A stretch of 64,000 nucleotides of DNA from Lachnospiraceae bacterium (GCA_017467845.1 JAFUKH010000025.1:14041-78040), one strand, 5' to 3'. Positions 1 through 10,077 are shown, numbered from the stretch's first letter. The notes: a model not told the origin generated them from the sequence alone. Numbers and translations are program-made.

Positions 1-1374
1 AGGCTGACAATGGGCATTATTGAGAATAAGCTGAAAGAACACGATCTTGTAAAGGGAACCAAGAGAAAGGTTGTGAAGTTCGGTCAGTCCATTAATCTGG
101 GAGATTTTAGAATTGAATTTATTAAGACCAACCACAGTATTGTAGATGCTGCGGCGTTGGCGATTTATTCACCGGCAGGTTGTGTGGTACATACCGGCGA
201 CTTTAAGGTGGACTATACACCGGTATTTGGTGATGCTATTGATTTGCAGCGTTTTGCGGAGATTGGCAAGAAGGGAGTTCTTGCTCTTATGTGCGATTCT
301 ACCAACGCAGAACGTCCCGGTTTTACGGCATCTGAGAGAACAGTGGGTAAGACCTTTGATACTTTATTTGAAGATCATAAGAATGATAGAATCTTTGTTG
401 CAACTTTTGCATCCAATGTGGATCGTGTGCAGCAGATTATTAACACTGCCTATAAGTTTGGACGAAAGGTAGTGGTAGAGGGCCGTAGTATGGTGAATAT
501 CATCGAGACGGCGCAGAATCTGGGCTGCATCAGCATTCCGGAGAATACTCTTATTGAAATTGATAAACTAAAGAACTATCCGGATGAACAGCAGGTAATC
601 ATTACTACCGGCAGCCAGGGGGAAAGTATGGCAGCACTTAGTCGTATGGCAAGCAATATGCACCGTAAGATTACCATAGGCCCGGGGGATACTGTAATCT
701 TCTCTTCCAGCCCGATTCCGGGTAATGAGAAGGCAGTTACCAGAGTTATTAACGAGCTTCTCCGTAAGGGCGCAGATGTTGTGTTCCAGGATACCCACGT
801 ATCCGGACATGCATGCCAGGAGGAGATTAAACTGATTTACTCTTTAGTGAAGCCTAAATATTCTATCCCTGTACATGGAGAGTATAAGCACTTAAAAGCA
901 CAGGCGAAGATTGCCCAATCTCTTGGCATAGATAAGGACAATATCTTTATCCTTTCTTCCGGTGATGTGCTGGAAATGGACGCGCAGGAGGCGAAAGTAA
1001 CCGGAAAAGTGCAGGTTGGTGGCATCCTGGTTGATGGTCTTGGTGTGGGAGACGTAGGCAATGTAGTTCTACGTGACAGACAGCATCTTGCAGAAGATGG
1101 TATCTTAATCGTGGTGATGTCGCTGGATAAATATACCGGTCAGCTGGCAGCAGGTCCGGACATTGTGTCCCGTGGCTTTGTGTATGTGCGTGAGTCTGAT
1201 GAGCTGATGGAAGAGGCCAGAGAGGTGGTTGATAGTGCAGTGAATGCTCTTATTAACAGAGGAATCAGTGATTGGGGCAAGCTGAAATCCACGACCAAGG
1301 AATCGCTCAGTGATTTTGTATGGAAGAAAACAAAGCGCAGACCTATGATTTTACCGATTATCATGGAGGTTTAA
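1..1374 (+). CDS. rnj: Ribonuclease J (5' end lies outside the window)
   Basis: MBL/beta-CASP motifs NHSI, HTGDFK, FASNVDR, HVSGHA, PVHGEY; C-terminal KRRPMILPII; frame open from base 1. Confidence 0.95.
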   Translation, partial: RLTMGIIENKLKEHDLVKGTKRKVVKFGQSINLGDFRIEFIKTNHSIVDAAALAIYSPAGCVVHTGDFKVDYTPVFGDAIDLQRFAEIGKKGVLALMCDSTNAERPGFTASERTVGKTFDTLFEDHKNDRIFVATFASNVDRVQQIINTAYKFGRKVVVEGRSMVNIIETAQNLGCISIPENTLIEIDKLKNYPDEQQVIITTGSQGESMAALSRMASNMHRKITIGPGDTVIFSSSPIPGNEKAVTRVINELLRKGADVVFQDTHVSGHACQEEIKLIYSLVKPKYSIPVHGEYKHLKAQAKIAQSLGIDKDNIFILSSGDVLEMDAQEAKVTGKVQVGGILVDGLGVGDVGNVVLRDRQHLAEDGILIVVMSLDKYTGQLAAGPDIVSRGFVYVRESDELMEEAREVVDSAVNALINRGISDWGKLKSTTKESLSDFVWKKTKRRPMILPIIMEV

Positions 1375-1377
1375 TAA

Positions 1378-1698
1378 ATGGAGCAGTCCATAAATGCAAT
1401 TGAGGCGTATGTGGGAGTTCTGAAGCAGAGCAAGGAATATAAGGACTATATGAGGGCTCTTTCGGCAGTGAAAGAGGTTCCGGGACTGAAGGCTCAGGTA
1501 GATGAGTATCGAAAGAATAATTTCCTTTTGCAGAATAGCGAAAATACTTCTTTTGACTCTATTGAAAACTTTGAACTTGAGTACGCTGAATTAAGAGAAA
1601 ATCCTCTTGTAGAAGATTTTTTGACTGCAGAGCTGGCTTTTTGCAGAATGATGCAGTATAATAACAGCTTGATTTTGGAGGCGTTGCACTTCGAGTAA
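1378..1698 (+). CDS. YlbF/YmcA-family regulator
   Basis: 106-aa helical protein ending NPLVEDFLTAELAFCRMM, downstream of rnj. Confidence 0.7.
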   Translation: MEQSINAIEAYVGVLKQSKEYKDYMRALSAVKEVPGLKAQVDEYRKNNFLLQNSENTSFDSIENFELEYAELRENPLVEDFLTAELAFCRMMQYNNSLILEALHFE

Positions 1699-1722
1699 AA
1701 GATGTGAGCTGGGAGGAGTATA

Positions 1723-2139
1723 ATGGATATTAAGAAGCTGATTGGCGTAGTGGCATCCACGATATTGAAGGTAGTAGTGTATGCTGCGATTATAATGTTT
1801 ATATGGCGGGCAGCATATTTGGCATACGATTACGGATATCGTATTTTTGAAGAAGCACCAATGTCTACCGGAAACGGCAGGGTGGTGACGGTTACGATTC
1901 CGGAGAATATGTCCGCAAAAGAAATGGGCACCTTGTTGGAACAAAAAGGGCTTATTCGTGATGCCAATCTCTTTATTTTACAGTATTATCTTTCAGAGTA
2001 TAAGGTGGATTTGCTTCCCGGAACCTTTGAGCTTTCCACTGCGATGACTGTAGATGAGATACTGAAGACCATGACAATTGTGCCGGAGGAAGCTGAGGAA
2101 GAATCTGCGGAGGAGACTCAGGAAGAAACAAGCGAATGA
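1723..2139 (+). CDS. Short MltG/YceG N-terminal-like membrane protein without a catalytic domain
   Basis: One TM, then VTIPENMS...LEQKGLI...PGTFELSTAMT as in the YceG N-terminal domain; occupies the mltG position before trmR. Confidence 0.7.
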   Translation: MDIKKLIGVVASTILKVVVYAAIIMFIWRAAYLAYDYGYRIFEEAPMSTGNGRVVTVTIPENMSAKEMGTLLEQKGLIRDANLFILQYYLSEYKVDLLPGTFELSTAMTVDEILKTMTIVPEEAEEESAEETQEETSE

Positions 2140-2792
2140 TAATAGATGATAGAATGGTTGCCTTTATTAATTCTTTTGATAAAGGCAATACCCCTTTTTT
2201 GGATGAAATTGAAAAGTCTGCATTAGAAACCGATGTGCCCATTATTCGTAAAAGCATGCAGAGCTTCTTGCGTTTTTTGCTGACAATGCAAAAGCCCATG
2301 AAGATTCTGGAGGTGGGAACTGCCATCGGTTTTTCTGCGTTACTTATGAGTGAATATGCGCCGGAGGGGTGTGAGATTACCACCATTGAAAAGTATGAGC
2401 CCCGTATTCCCATTGCACGGGAAAATTTTAAGAAGGCAGGAAAGGAAGAGGTCATCACTTTGCTAGAAGGAGATGCGACGGAAATATTGAAGGAGCTTTC
2501 CGGAAGCTACGACCTTATTTTTATGGATGCTGCCAAGGGACAGTACATTCACTTTATGCCGGATATCCTGCGCCTTCTTAAGGAGGGGGGACTTCTGGTG
2601 TCTGACAATGTGTTGCAGGATGGAGATGTGATAGAATCTCGTTTTGCAGTAACGAGAAGAAACAGAACCATTCATGCCAGAATGCGTGAATACTTATATG
2701 AATTGACTCATCACCCCGTATTGGAGACATGTATCTTACCGGTGGGGGATGGAATTACTCTTAGTGTGAAAAAGAAAGAGGAGAATGCATGA
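2136..2792 (+). CDS. trmR: O-methyltransferase (tRNA ho5U methyltransferase TrmR/YrrM-like)
   Basis: ILEVGTAIGFSA SAM motif, FMDAAKGQY, DNVL; adjacent to a U32 gene. Confidence 0.85.
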   Translation: MIIDDRMVAFINSFDKGNTPFLDEIEKSALETDVPIIRKSMQSFLRFLLTMQKPMKILEVGTAIGFSALLMSEYAPEGCEITTIEKYEPRIPIARENFKKAGKEEVITLLEGDATEILKELSGSYDLIFMDAAKGQYIHFMPDILRLLKEGGLLVSDNVLQDGDVIESRFAVTRRNRTIHARMREYLYELTHHPVLETCILPVGDGITLSVKKKEENA

Positions 2793-4027
2793 GAAGAGAG
2801 AAACCGGAATTATTAATCCCGGCAAGCAGCCTGGAGGTACTTAAAACAGCAGTTATCTTTGGCGCGGATGCAGTTTATATCGGCGGAGAAGCTTTTGGAC
2901 TTCGGGCGAAGGCCAAGAATTTCTCCATGGAGGATATGGCAGAGGGAATTGTCTTTGCGCATCAGTACGGGGTAAAGGTATATGTGACTGCCAATATTCT
3001 GGCGCACAATGCAGACCTGGAAGGTGCGGCAGAGTATTTTGCTCTGCTTCGGGATATGAAGCCGGAGCAGCCGGATGCGCTGATTATCTCTGACCCTGGT
3101 ATGTTCACCATTGCAAAGCAGGTGTGGCCGGAGGTGGAGATTCATATTTCTACACAGGCAAATAACACTAACTATCAGACATATCTGTTCTGGTGGAATA
3201 TGGGAGCAAAGCGAGTGGTTTCCGCAAGAGAGCTTTCTTTAGCAGAGATTGCACAGATTCGCAGCCATATTCCGGAGGATATGGAGATTGAAAGCTTTAT
3301 CCATGGTGCCATGTGCATTTCCTATTCCGGAAGATGTCTTCTCAGCAGCTATTTTACCGGAAGGGATGCCAATCAGGGAGCTTGTACTCATCCTTGTCGT
3401 TGGAAATATGCTGTGGTAGAGGAGAAGAGACCGGGAGAGTATCTGCCGGTTTATGAGAATGAAAGAGGTACGTATATCTTTAATTCTAAGGATTTATGTA
3501 TGATTGAATACATTCCTGAGGTAGTGAAGGCAGGCATTGACAGCCTTAAGATTGAAGGTCGTATGAAGACGGCTCTTTATGTGGCTACCGTTGCTCGTAC
3601 TTATCGTAAGGCTATTGATGATTTTTTTGAATCAGAGGAAAAGTATCGTCAGAATATGCCTTGGTATCAGGAAGAAATCTCCAAGTGTACTTATCGACAG
3701 TTTACTACCGGATTTTATTTTGGAAAGCCGGATGAAAATACTCAGATTTATGATTCAAACACCTATGTGAATGAATATACTTATCTGGGAATCTGCGAAG
3801 AAGTCCGTGAAGACGGAATGGTGCGCATTGAGCAGCGTAATAAATTCTGCGTGGGTGATTCTATTGAAATTATGCGCCCTGACGGGGAGAACACAGTAGT
3901 GATGGTAGATGGCATGTTTGATGAAGAATTTGCAGCTGTGGAAAGCTGCCCACATTCTAAGCAGACCATTTGGTTGAAATTGTCTGAAACACCGGACAGA
4001 TTTGATTTACTTCGTGTGAAAAGCTAG
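2789..4027 (+). CDS. U32-family protein (tRNA hydroxylation TrhP/YrrO-like)
   Basis: PELL.PA, HISTQAN, HGAMCISYSGRC, CTHPCRW, SLKIEGRMK. Confidence 0.9.
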   Translation: MRREKPELLIPASSLEVLKTAVIFGADAVYIGGEAFGLRAKAKNFSMEDMAEGIVFAHQYGVKVYVTANILAHNADLEGAAEYFALLRDMKPEQPDALIISDPGMFTIAKQVWPEVEIHISTQANNTNYQTYLFWWNMGAKRVVSARELSLAEIAQIRSHIPEDMEIESFIHGAMCISYSGRCLLSSYFTGRDANQGACTHPCRWKYAVVEEKRPGEYLPVYENERGTYIFNSKDLCMIEYIPEVVKAGIDSLKIEGRMKTALYVATVARTYRKAIDDFFESEEKYRQNMPWYQEEISKCTYRQFTTGFYFGKPDENTQIYDSNTYVNEYTYLGICEEVREDGMVRIEQRNKFCVGDSIEIMRPDGENTVVMVDGMFDEEFAAVESCPHSKQTIWLKLSETPDRFDLLRVKS

Positions 4028-4045
4028 GGTAAGCGAGAAGATACT

Positions 4046-5533
4046 ATGAAGATGAAATTCTCCGTTTTGCATATTGTGATGCTTGTGATTATGACTCTCC
4101 TGACAGGAGTGTCGTTTGTGTGCTCCAATATGTTTCCGCCGAATTATTATGAATATACGATTATCGAGATGGATTCCATAGGAATCCACGTGATAGTGTT
4201 GGGGATTCTTGTGCTCTATTTTGGAGTGCTTCGTCCGCACTGTTTGAAAAATGTGAATTGGAATTGGTTGGTTAAAATCCTGTTGCCTTGTAGCCTGGTT
4301 TTTTCGTTGGCAGCCAGTTGCTATTGGGCGATAAGATGTCAATATGTTCCGGTGTGGGATCCTGAGTATATTTGCAGAACTGCGCAGGTTTTGGCGGAGG
4401 ACGGGAGTTTAAGTGAAACCGATATAACATATTTGAGCCGGTATCCGCAGCAGATGGGGCTGGTCTGGATTTTTCGCCTTTTGATTGGTATTTTTGGTGC
4501 CGGCGGAGAGTGCTTTATGACATTGCATCTTTTTCTTGCAATCTGTATACCACTTATTATCTTGAATGGATATCTGCTGACAGATAGATTGTTTGAGGAT
4601 AAGGAAGCAGATTGCTATTTCCTGTTGCTTGGTACCGGATGTATTTGTCTCTATTTTTATGTAAATTTTTTATATAGTGATATCCCTGGTATTCTTTTTG
4701 TACTTTCCGCACTGAACTGTATTGTGGATTATGAGAAAACAGGAAAGAAGAAAAGTGGAATTTTCGGATGTCTGTTCTTTATCCTGGCGGTGGCAGTAAG
4801 AAAGCCCATCCTCATTTTTGTAATTGCGGCTGCAGGTATGTGGGTGCTTTACGGATTGTGTAAAAGAGACAAGAATGAAGTGGTTGTGGCGTTGGGTGCT
4901 GCATTTATTGTTCTGGTGGGAAGCCAGCTTTTTATTAATGGTCTGTGTAATCACTATGGTGTGAATTATCATAAAGCGGAACCCAGCCTTGCGTGGATAG
5001 CAATGGGAACTCAAAAGAGTGCCAACGGAGCCGGCTGGTTTAACGGATATGTGGACAATGTTTATTATGTGCATGAGTTTGATTCAGATTTGATTAAAGA
5101 GGATGCCGTAAGAACTATAAAAAACAACTTGATGGGTTTTATCAAAGAGCCAATAAGTGGAATTCAGTTTTATTTTGAAAAAATATTGATTCAGTGGAAT
5201 CAACCCTGTTATCAAGCTCTCGGTGTCAGTAAAGAGTATGAAGAGATACCGGGAGGGATTGTGGAAGCAATCTATCAAGGAGGGCTTTTTCAATCTACCA
5301 GAATTTATTTTGACTGCTATCAATGGGTAGTATACCTGGGATTTACCATATATCTTTGGAAAAACAGAAAAGGGAAAGAGATTGCAGTGTGTGCACTGAT
5401 CCCGGTCTTGGCGATTTTCGGAGGCATTTTATTTAGCCTTTTATGGGAAGCAAAGAGTAGGTATATTTTGCCATATTTGGTAATGATGTTGTCATATGCG
5501 GCAAAAGGGTGGCGTGAATTGCAAAAAGTATGA
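4046..5533 (+). CDS. Polytopic membrane protein, probable GT-C fold glycosyltransferase
   Basis: Many TM segments; D-containing loop after the early TMs (PVWDPEY...YLSRYPQQ); C-terminal WEAKSRYILP. Confidence 0.55.
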   Translation: MKMKFSVLHIVMLVIMTLLTGVSFVCSNMFPPNYYEYTIIEMDSIGIHVIVLGILVLYFGVLRPHCLKNVNWNWLVKILLPCSLVFSLAASCYWAIRCQYVPVWDPEYICRTAQVLAEDGSLSETDITYLSRYPQQMGLVWIFRLLIGIFGAGGECFMTLHLFLAICIPLIILNGYLLTDRLFEDKEADCYFLLLGTGCICLYFYVNFLYSDIPGILFVLSALNCIVDYEKTGKKKSGIFGCLFFILAVAVRKPILIFVIAAAGMWVLYGLCKRDKNEVVVALGAAFIVLVGSQLFINGLCNHYGVNYHKAEPSLAWIAMGTQKSANGAGWFNGYVDNVYYVHEFDSDLIKEDAVRTIKNNLMGFIKEPISGIQFYFEKILIQWNQPCYQALGVSKEYEEIPGGIVEAIYQGGLFQSTRIYFDCYQWVVYLGFTIYLWKNRKGKEIAVCALIPVLAIFGGILFSLLWEAKSRYILPYLVMMLSYAAKGWRELQKV

Positions 5534-5534
5534 A

Positions 5535-5564
5535 TTGATTAGAGCGAGTGGGCTGTGATATAAT
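5535..5564 (+). promoter_or_regulatory. Sigma-A promoter of the glutamine synthetase gene
   Basis: TTGATT-18-TATAAT with extended -10 TG. Confidence 0.55.
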
Positions 5565-5604
5565 GTGCGTTAGTGAACTTGCAAGATAATGAGGAGACAG
5601 GATC

Positions 5605-7716
5605 ATGAGTGAAAATATGAACGTGGAAGAAATTTTTGGCAGCAAAGCTTTTACAGTTGGAAAAATGAGAGAACGCCTTCCTAAGGGCGTATTTAAAGAA
5701 GTGCGAAATGTGATGGAGAATGGCGGCGAACTTTCTCTGGCTACTGCGGATATCGTTGCAAAAGCAATGAAGGATTGGGCAGTGGAGAATGGGGCTACAC
5801 ACTATACTCATTGGTTCCAGCCTCTTACCGGTATTACAGCAGAAAAGCACGATTCCTTCGTGACACATCCGGATGTAGAAGGGCGTATGCTGATGGAGTT
5901 CTCCGGTAAGGAGCTTATTAAAGGTGAGCCGGATGCTTCTTCTTTCCCCTCCGGTGGTCTTCGTGCAACCTTTGAAGCAAGAGGATATACCGCATGGGAT
6001 ATTACCTCTCCGGCATTTTTAAAGGAGGATGCAACAGGTGTAATCCTTTGCATTCCTACAGCGTTCTGTTCTTACAAAGGCGAAGCTTTAGATACCAAGA
6101 CTCCCCTTCTGCGTTCTATGGAAGCAGTTAGTGAGCAGGCTCTTCGTATTATTCGTTTATTTGGCAATACCACCGCAAAGAAAATTGTTCCCAGTGTTGG
6201 TATTGAGCAGGAATATTTTATTGTTGACAGAGAGAAGTACTTACAGCGTGAAGATTTAATCTTTGCAGGACGTACTCTTTTCGGTGCACCGGGGCCGAAG
6301 GGACAGGAGATGGATGACCACTATTTTGGTACCATCCGTGAGAGAATCGGTGCATATATGAAGGACTTAAATCTGGAACTCTGGAAGCTTGGCGTAACTG
6401 CTAAGACCCAGCATAACGAAGCTGCACCTGCGCAGCATGAGTTGGCTCCCATTTATGAAACTGCCAATATTGCAGTGGATCATAACCAGATTATTATGGA
6501 GACAATGAAGAAGGTGGCAAACCGCCACGGATTATCATGTCTTCTTCATGAAAAGCCCTTTGCCGGTGTCAATGGTTCCGGTAAGCATGATAATTGGTCA
6601 ATTACTACGGATACCGGTATAAATTTACTTGATCCGGGCGATACTCCCAATGAGAACATTCAGTTCCTGCTGGTACTGGCATGTATTATCAAGGCAGTAG
6701 ATACTCACGCGGATTTACTTCGTCAGAGTGCCGCTAATGTGGGTAATGACCACAGACTGGGAGCAGCAGAGGCACCACCTGCAATTATCTCCATCTTCCT
6801 TGGCGAGCAGCTGGAGGATGTAGTGAAGCAGCTGGTAGAAACCGGCGAAGCAGCGCACCTTATCGAGGGCGGAAAGTTAGAGACCGGTGTTTCTACTCTT
6901 CCTGATTTTGAAAAGGATGCAACAGACCGTAATAGAACATCGCCTTTTGCATTTACCGGTAATAAGTTCGAGTTCCGTAGTGTGGGCTCCTCTGACTCCG
7001 TAGGTCTTCCTAATACCATATTGAACACCATCGTGGCAGAGGCTTTCTGTGAGGCGGCGGATGCTCTGGAGAATGCGGAAGATTTCGATATGGCAGTGCA
7101 CGATTTGATTAAAGAGTATTTCACCAAGCACCAGAGAATCATCTTTAACGGTGATGGTTACTCAGAGGCATGGGTAAAGGAAGCAGAGAGACGTGGTCTT
7201 CCGAATAATAAATCTATGGTAGAGGCTATCGGCGCACTTACCACAGAGAAAGCAGAAAAGCTCTTTAGCAAGTTCCATATCTTCACAAAGGTAGAGCTGG
7301 ATTCCCGTGCAGAGATTCTTTACGAGACCTATTCTAAGACCATTAATATTGAAGCTAAGGTTATGATTGATATGGCGAAGAAGCAGATTCTTCCGGCAGT
7401 GATGAAATATACCAAGCAGCTTGCAGACACCGTAATCGCCCTTCGCGATGCCGGAACAGATGCATCGGTTGCATTGGAGACCCTGAATGAAATTACCGCA
7501 AAGCTTGCAGAGGCAAAATATGCCCTTAAGAATCTGGAGAAGGCGATGGAGATTACAACCCGTATCCAGGGCAACAAAGAGCTGGCCTTCTACTACAAGG
7601 ATGCTGTAAGAAACTCTATGGATAATCTCCGCAGACCGATTGACGAGCTGGAGACCATGGTAGACAAGAAAGCATGGCCGATGCCGACGTATGCGGATTT
7701 GTTATTTGAGGTATAA
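5605..7716 (+). CDS. glnA: Glutamine synthetase type III
   Basis: 703 aa; THWFQPLTG, GEPDASSFPSGG, HEKPFAGVNGSGKH, DRNRTSPFAFTGNKFEFR. Confidence 0.95.
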   Translation: MSENMNVEEIFGSKAFTVGKMRERLPKGVFKEVRNVMENGGELSLATADIVAKAMKDWAVENGATHYTHWFQPLTGITAEKHDSFVTHPDVEGRMLMEFSGKELIKGEPDASSFPSGGLRATFEARGYTAWDITSPAFLKEDATGVILCIPTAFCSYKGEALDTKTPLLRSMEAVSEQALRIIRLFGNTTAKKIVPSVGIEQEYFIVDREKYLQREDLIFAGRTLFGAPGPKGQEMDDHYFGTIRERIGAYMKDLNLELWKLGVTAKTQHNEAAPAQHELAPIYETANIAVDHNQIIMETMKKVANRHGLSCLLHEKPFAGVNGSGKHDNWSITTDTGINLLDPGDTPNENIQFLLVLACIIKAVDTHADLLRQSAANVGNDHRLGAAEAPPAIISIFLGEQLEDVVKQLVETGEAAHLIEGGKLETGVSTLPDFEKDATDRNRTSPFAFTGNKFEFRSVGSSDSVGLPNTILNTIVAEAFCEAADALENAEDFDMAVHDLIKEYFTKHQRIIFNGDGYSEAWVKEAERRGLPNNKSMVEAIGALTTEKAEKLFSKFHIFTKVELDSRAEILYETYSKTINIEAKVMIDMAKKQILPAVMKYTKQLADTVIALRDAGTDASVALETLNEITAKLAEAKYALKNLEKAMEITTRIQGNKELAFYYKDAVRNSMDNLRRPIDELETMVDKKAWPMPTYADLLFEV

Positions 7717-7866
7717 GTTCTGCCATGCCGTGCCGAGAACAAAAATCCTGCTTGCAGGATTTTGTGAACGAGCAACGGCATGAGAAGAGCGCACGTTCAT
7801 GAGCAAAGTTAGCTGCGTAGCAGCGAGAAAGCGACGAAGTCGCCTTTGCGAATGCGCGAGCAGAAC
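7717..7866 (+). repeat. Structured intergenic hairpin element, copy A
   Basis: Terminal IR GTTCTGC/GCAGAAC; AAAATCCTGC-TT-GCAGGATTTT; ATGAGCAAA..GCTGC-GTA-GCAGC..GCGAC-GAA-GTCGC..TTTGCGAA. Confidence 0.75.
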
Positions 7867-7901
7867 ATATAGAATTTATTTAAAAAAATAGAAAAAAAGT
7901 G

Positions 7902-7930
7902 TTGACATTCATCAGTGACTTTGGTATTAT
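7902..7930 (+). promoter_or_regulatory. Sigma-A promoter of tRNA-Gln
   Basis: TTGACA-17-TATTAT, extended -10 TG, A-tract UP element upstream. Confidence 0.8.
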
Positions 7931-7962
7931 AATCAAGTCGCTGATGAGTACGACACATACAT

Positions 7963-8034
7963 AGGGATATCGCCAAACGGTAAGGCAACGGACTCTGACT
8001 CCGTCATTTCAAGGTTCGAATCCTTGTATCCCTG
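7963..8034 (+). tRNA. tRNA-Gln (anticodon CTG), CCA not encoded
   Basis: Cloverleaf: AGGGATA/TATCCCT acceptor, GCC/GGC D-stem, ACGGA-CTCTGAC-TCCGT, CAAGG-TTCGAAT-CCTTG. Confidence 0.95.
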
Positions 8035-8039
8035 CTTTG

Positions 8040-8071
8040 AGGCTCAGTAGAGAAATCTACTGAGCTTTTTT
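8040..8071 (+). terminator. Intrinsic terminator after tRNA-Gln
   Basis: GCTCAGTAGA-GAAA-TCTACTGAGC followed by a T-run. Confidence 0.85.
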
Positions 8072-8160
8072 GTATTTAAACAGAAAGCACCGAAGATGCG
8101 TTTTTTGGAATGCGGCTCTGTTGCCTCGGAAATGGCTTTTTTCAGGGGGTTTTTGTGTTA

Positions 8161-8212
8161 GGTTAAGAAACGGTAAAGAAACAGTAAAGATTTGGCAAAA
8201 TGTATATATAAT
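8161..8212 (+). promoter_or_regulatory. Three 11-bp direct repeats plus -10 box upstream of cstA
   Basis: GGTTAAGAAAC/GGTAAAGAAAC/AGTAAAGATTT, then TATAAT at 8207-8212. Confidence 0.55.
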
Positions 8213-8275
8213 GTCGAAAAATAGGAGTATTATTAGGCAGAATGAATGAAATCCAAGTGAAACGGAGGGGTAAAA

Positions 8276-9775
8276 ATGATTACATTTATTTTGGGGTTAT
8301 TCATTTTATTTGCGGGTGCTGCTATATATGGCAGATTCTGTGAGAAAGTCTTTGGCCCGGATGACAGAAAAACACCTGCATACACTAAGGAGGATGGTGT
8401 GGACTATGTTCCTATGAAAGGTTGGAAGAATGGTTTAATTAACCTGTTAAATATTGCAGGTACAGGACCTATTTTCGGACCTATTCAGGGTATTCTCTTT
8501 GGACCGATTGCTTTTATTACAATTCCGATTGGAAATGTAATTGGTGGAGCAATGCACGACTATTTTTCAGGAATGATTTGCTTGAGAGATGGTGGTACAC
8601 AGATGCCGGAAATGATTCGTCGTTATAGTAATAAGGGCGTATTTAGAGTGTATCAGGTATTTGTTTGTCTGCTGTTATTATTGGTAGGTGCTGTATTTAT
8701 CTACACACCTGGTGATATTGCAGCAACGCAGGTATTTGGTTTTGATGGTAAAGCAACATCGATTTCGACCTGGGTTATTTACGGAGTAATTTTTGCATAT
8801 TATTTAATTGCAACCGTATTCCCGATTGATAAGATTATTGGTCGTATTTATCCGGTTTTCGGAGCAATTTTATTATTCTCCGCAGTTGGCGTTTTCGTGG
8901 GATTATTTGCAAAGGGATACCCATTAATTAATCTTTGGGATGATTGGAGTGCTCCTGCAATGCAGGCATACACCTTAGCAGCAGATGGAACGGCGGTTCC
9001 GTTCAATTATGGTGACTATTTTACAGCACAGAAGTTTATTCCTACATTCTTTATTACTGTTGCTTGTGGTATTTTATCCGGTTTCCATTCCACACAGACT
9101 GCAATTATTTCTCGTACAATGAAGACTGAGCGTCAGGGAAGAATGACCTTCTACAACATGATGATTCTGGAAGGTTTCATTGCGATGGTATGGGCAGCAG
9201 CAGCTATGGGTGTTTATAACCTGGGCTTACGTGAAGCAATCGCTTCCGGTGCGACCGGAACAGTTGGTGTGGTTTGTAAGGATATCTTAGGACCGGTAGG
9301 TGGTGTAATTGCATTATTGGGAATTATTGTACTTCCTATTACATCCGGTGATACTGCACTGAGAGGACTTCGTCTGACTATCGCAGAATCATTTAAAATT
9401 GACCAGAGCACCAATAAGAAGCGTATGGGATTATCCATTGTTATCTTTGCTTTGGTAGCAGCGATTCTGGTATTTGCAAAGTTAAATGCAAACGGATTTA
9501 ATATTTTGTGGCGTTATTTTGCATGGTCTAACCAGACCTTATCCTTATTTGCGTTCCTTGCGATATCCATTTGGATGTTTGAAAATGGCAAGAGTAAATA
9601 TGTATGGATTCCATTGATTCCTGGTGGCTTCTATGCATTTGTAACTACCGCATATTTGTTAAATGCAAAGATTGGCTTTGGTCTTCCTTGGACTGCCGCT
9701 TATGTGATTGCAGCAATCTTATGTGCAGCGTATGTGGGCGTAGTTCTTTGGTATGGAAACAAGAGAAAAAAATAG
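8276..9775 (+). CDS. cstA: Carbon starvation protein A family transporter
   Basis: DGVDYVPM, NIAGTGPIFGPI, GAMHDY, TVACGILSGFHSTQ, PITSGDTALR, WRYFAWSNQTL. Confidence 0.9.
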   Translation: MITFILGLFILFAGAAIYGRFCEKVFGPDDRKTPAYTKEDGVDYVPMKGWKNGLINLLNIAGTGPIFGPIQGILFGPIAFITIPIGNVIGGAMHDYFSGMICLRDGGTQMPEMIRRYSNKGVFRVYQVFVCLLLLLVGAVFIYTPGDIAATQVFGFDGKATSISTWVIYGVIFAYYLIATVFPIDKIIGRIYPVFGAILLFSAVGVFVGLFAKGYPLINLWDDWSAPAMQAYTLAADGTAVPFNYGDYFTAQKFIPTFFITVACGILSGFHSTQTAIISRTMKTERQGRMTFYNMMILEGFIAMVWAAAAMGVYNLGLREAIASGATGTVGVVCKDILGPVGGVIALLGIIVLPITSGDTALRGLRLTIAESFKIDQSTNKKRMGLSIVIFALVAAILVFAKLNANGFNILWRYFAWSNQTLSLFAFLAISIWMFENGKSKYVWIPLIPGGFYAFVTTAYLLNAKIGFGLPWTAAYVIAAILCAAYVGVVLWYGNKRKK

Positions 9776-10077
9776 AGAAAAGCTTAGTAAAAGATGCAAC
9801 GAGGGGTACCGTTTGAACGGTATCCCTCGCTTCGTTGTGGGTTTTCGGATTTGTAAGGAAACAATAAACTTTGTGAGAACTATACAAGTGTGATACAATG
9901 GTGGTACATCCTCTGGCTGGCAGATTGGTGTGCAGGCAAGGAGGGCATATGGCTTTTTGAGCACGCTCACTTGATGGAGCCGGAATTTTCCAATGCGTTA
10001 TGCAGCAGCTTTAAGCCGGAACGAGCGGACATGCTGGTGATAGTCGCCATGGAGAGTTAACATAATGGAGAAGTTGA

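Noticed and set aside
7717-7866. Simple rho-independent terminator as the explanation for the hairpin elements
   Set aside because: Multi-branched, no terminal T-run after the closing stem, and the architecture recurs at other loci, including inside apparent operons
9870-10077. Small peptide (Agr-like pheromone) or structured leader before the LytTR gene
   Set aside because: The AGGAGG-ATG gives only a 3-codon ORF and I see no convincing conserved stem; left unannotated
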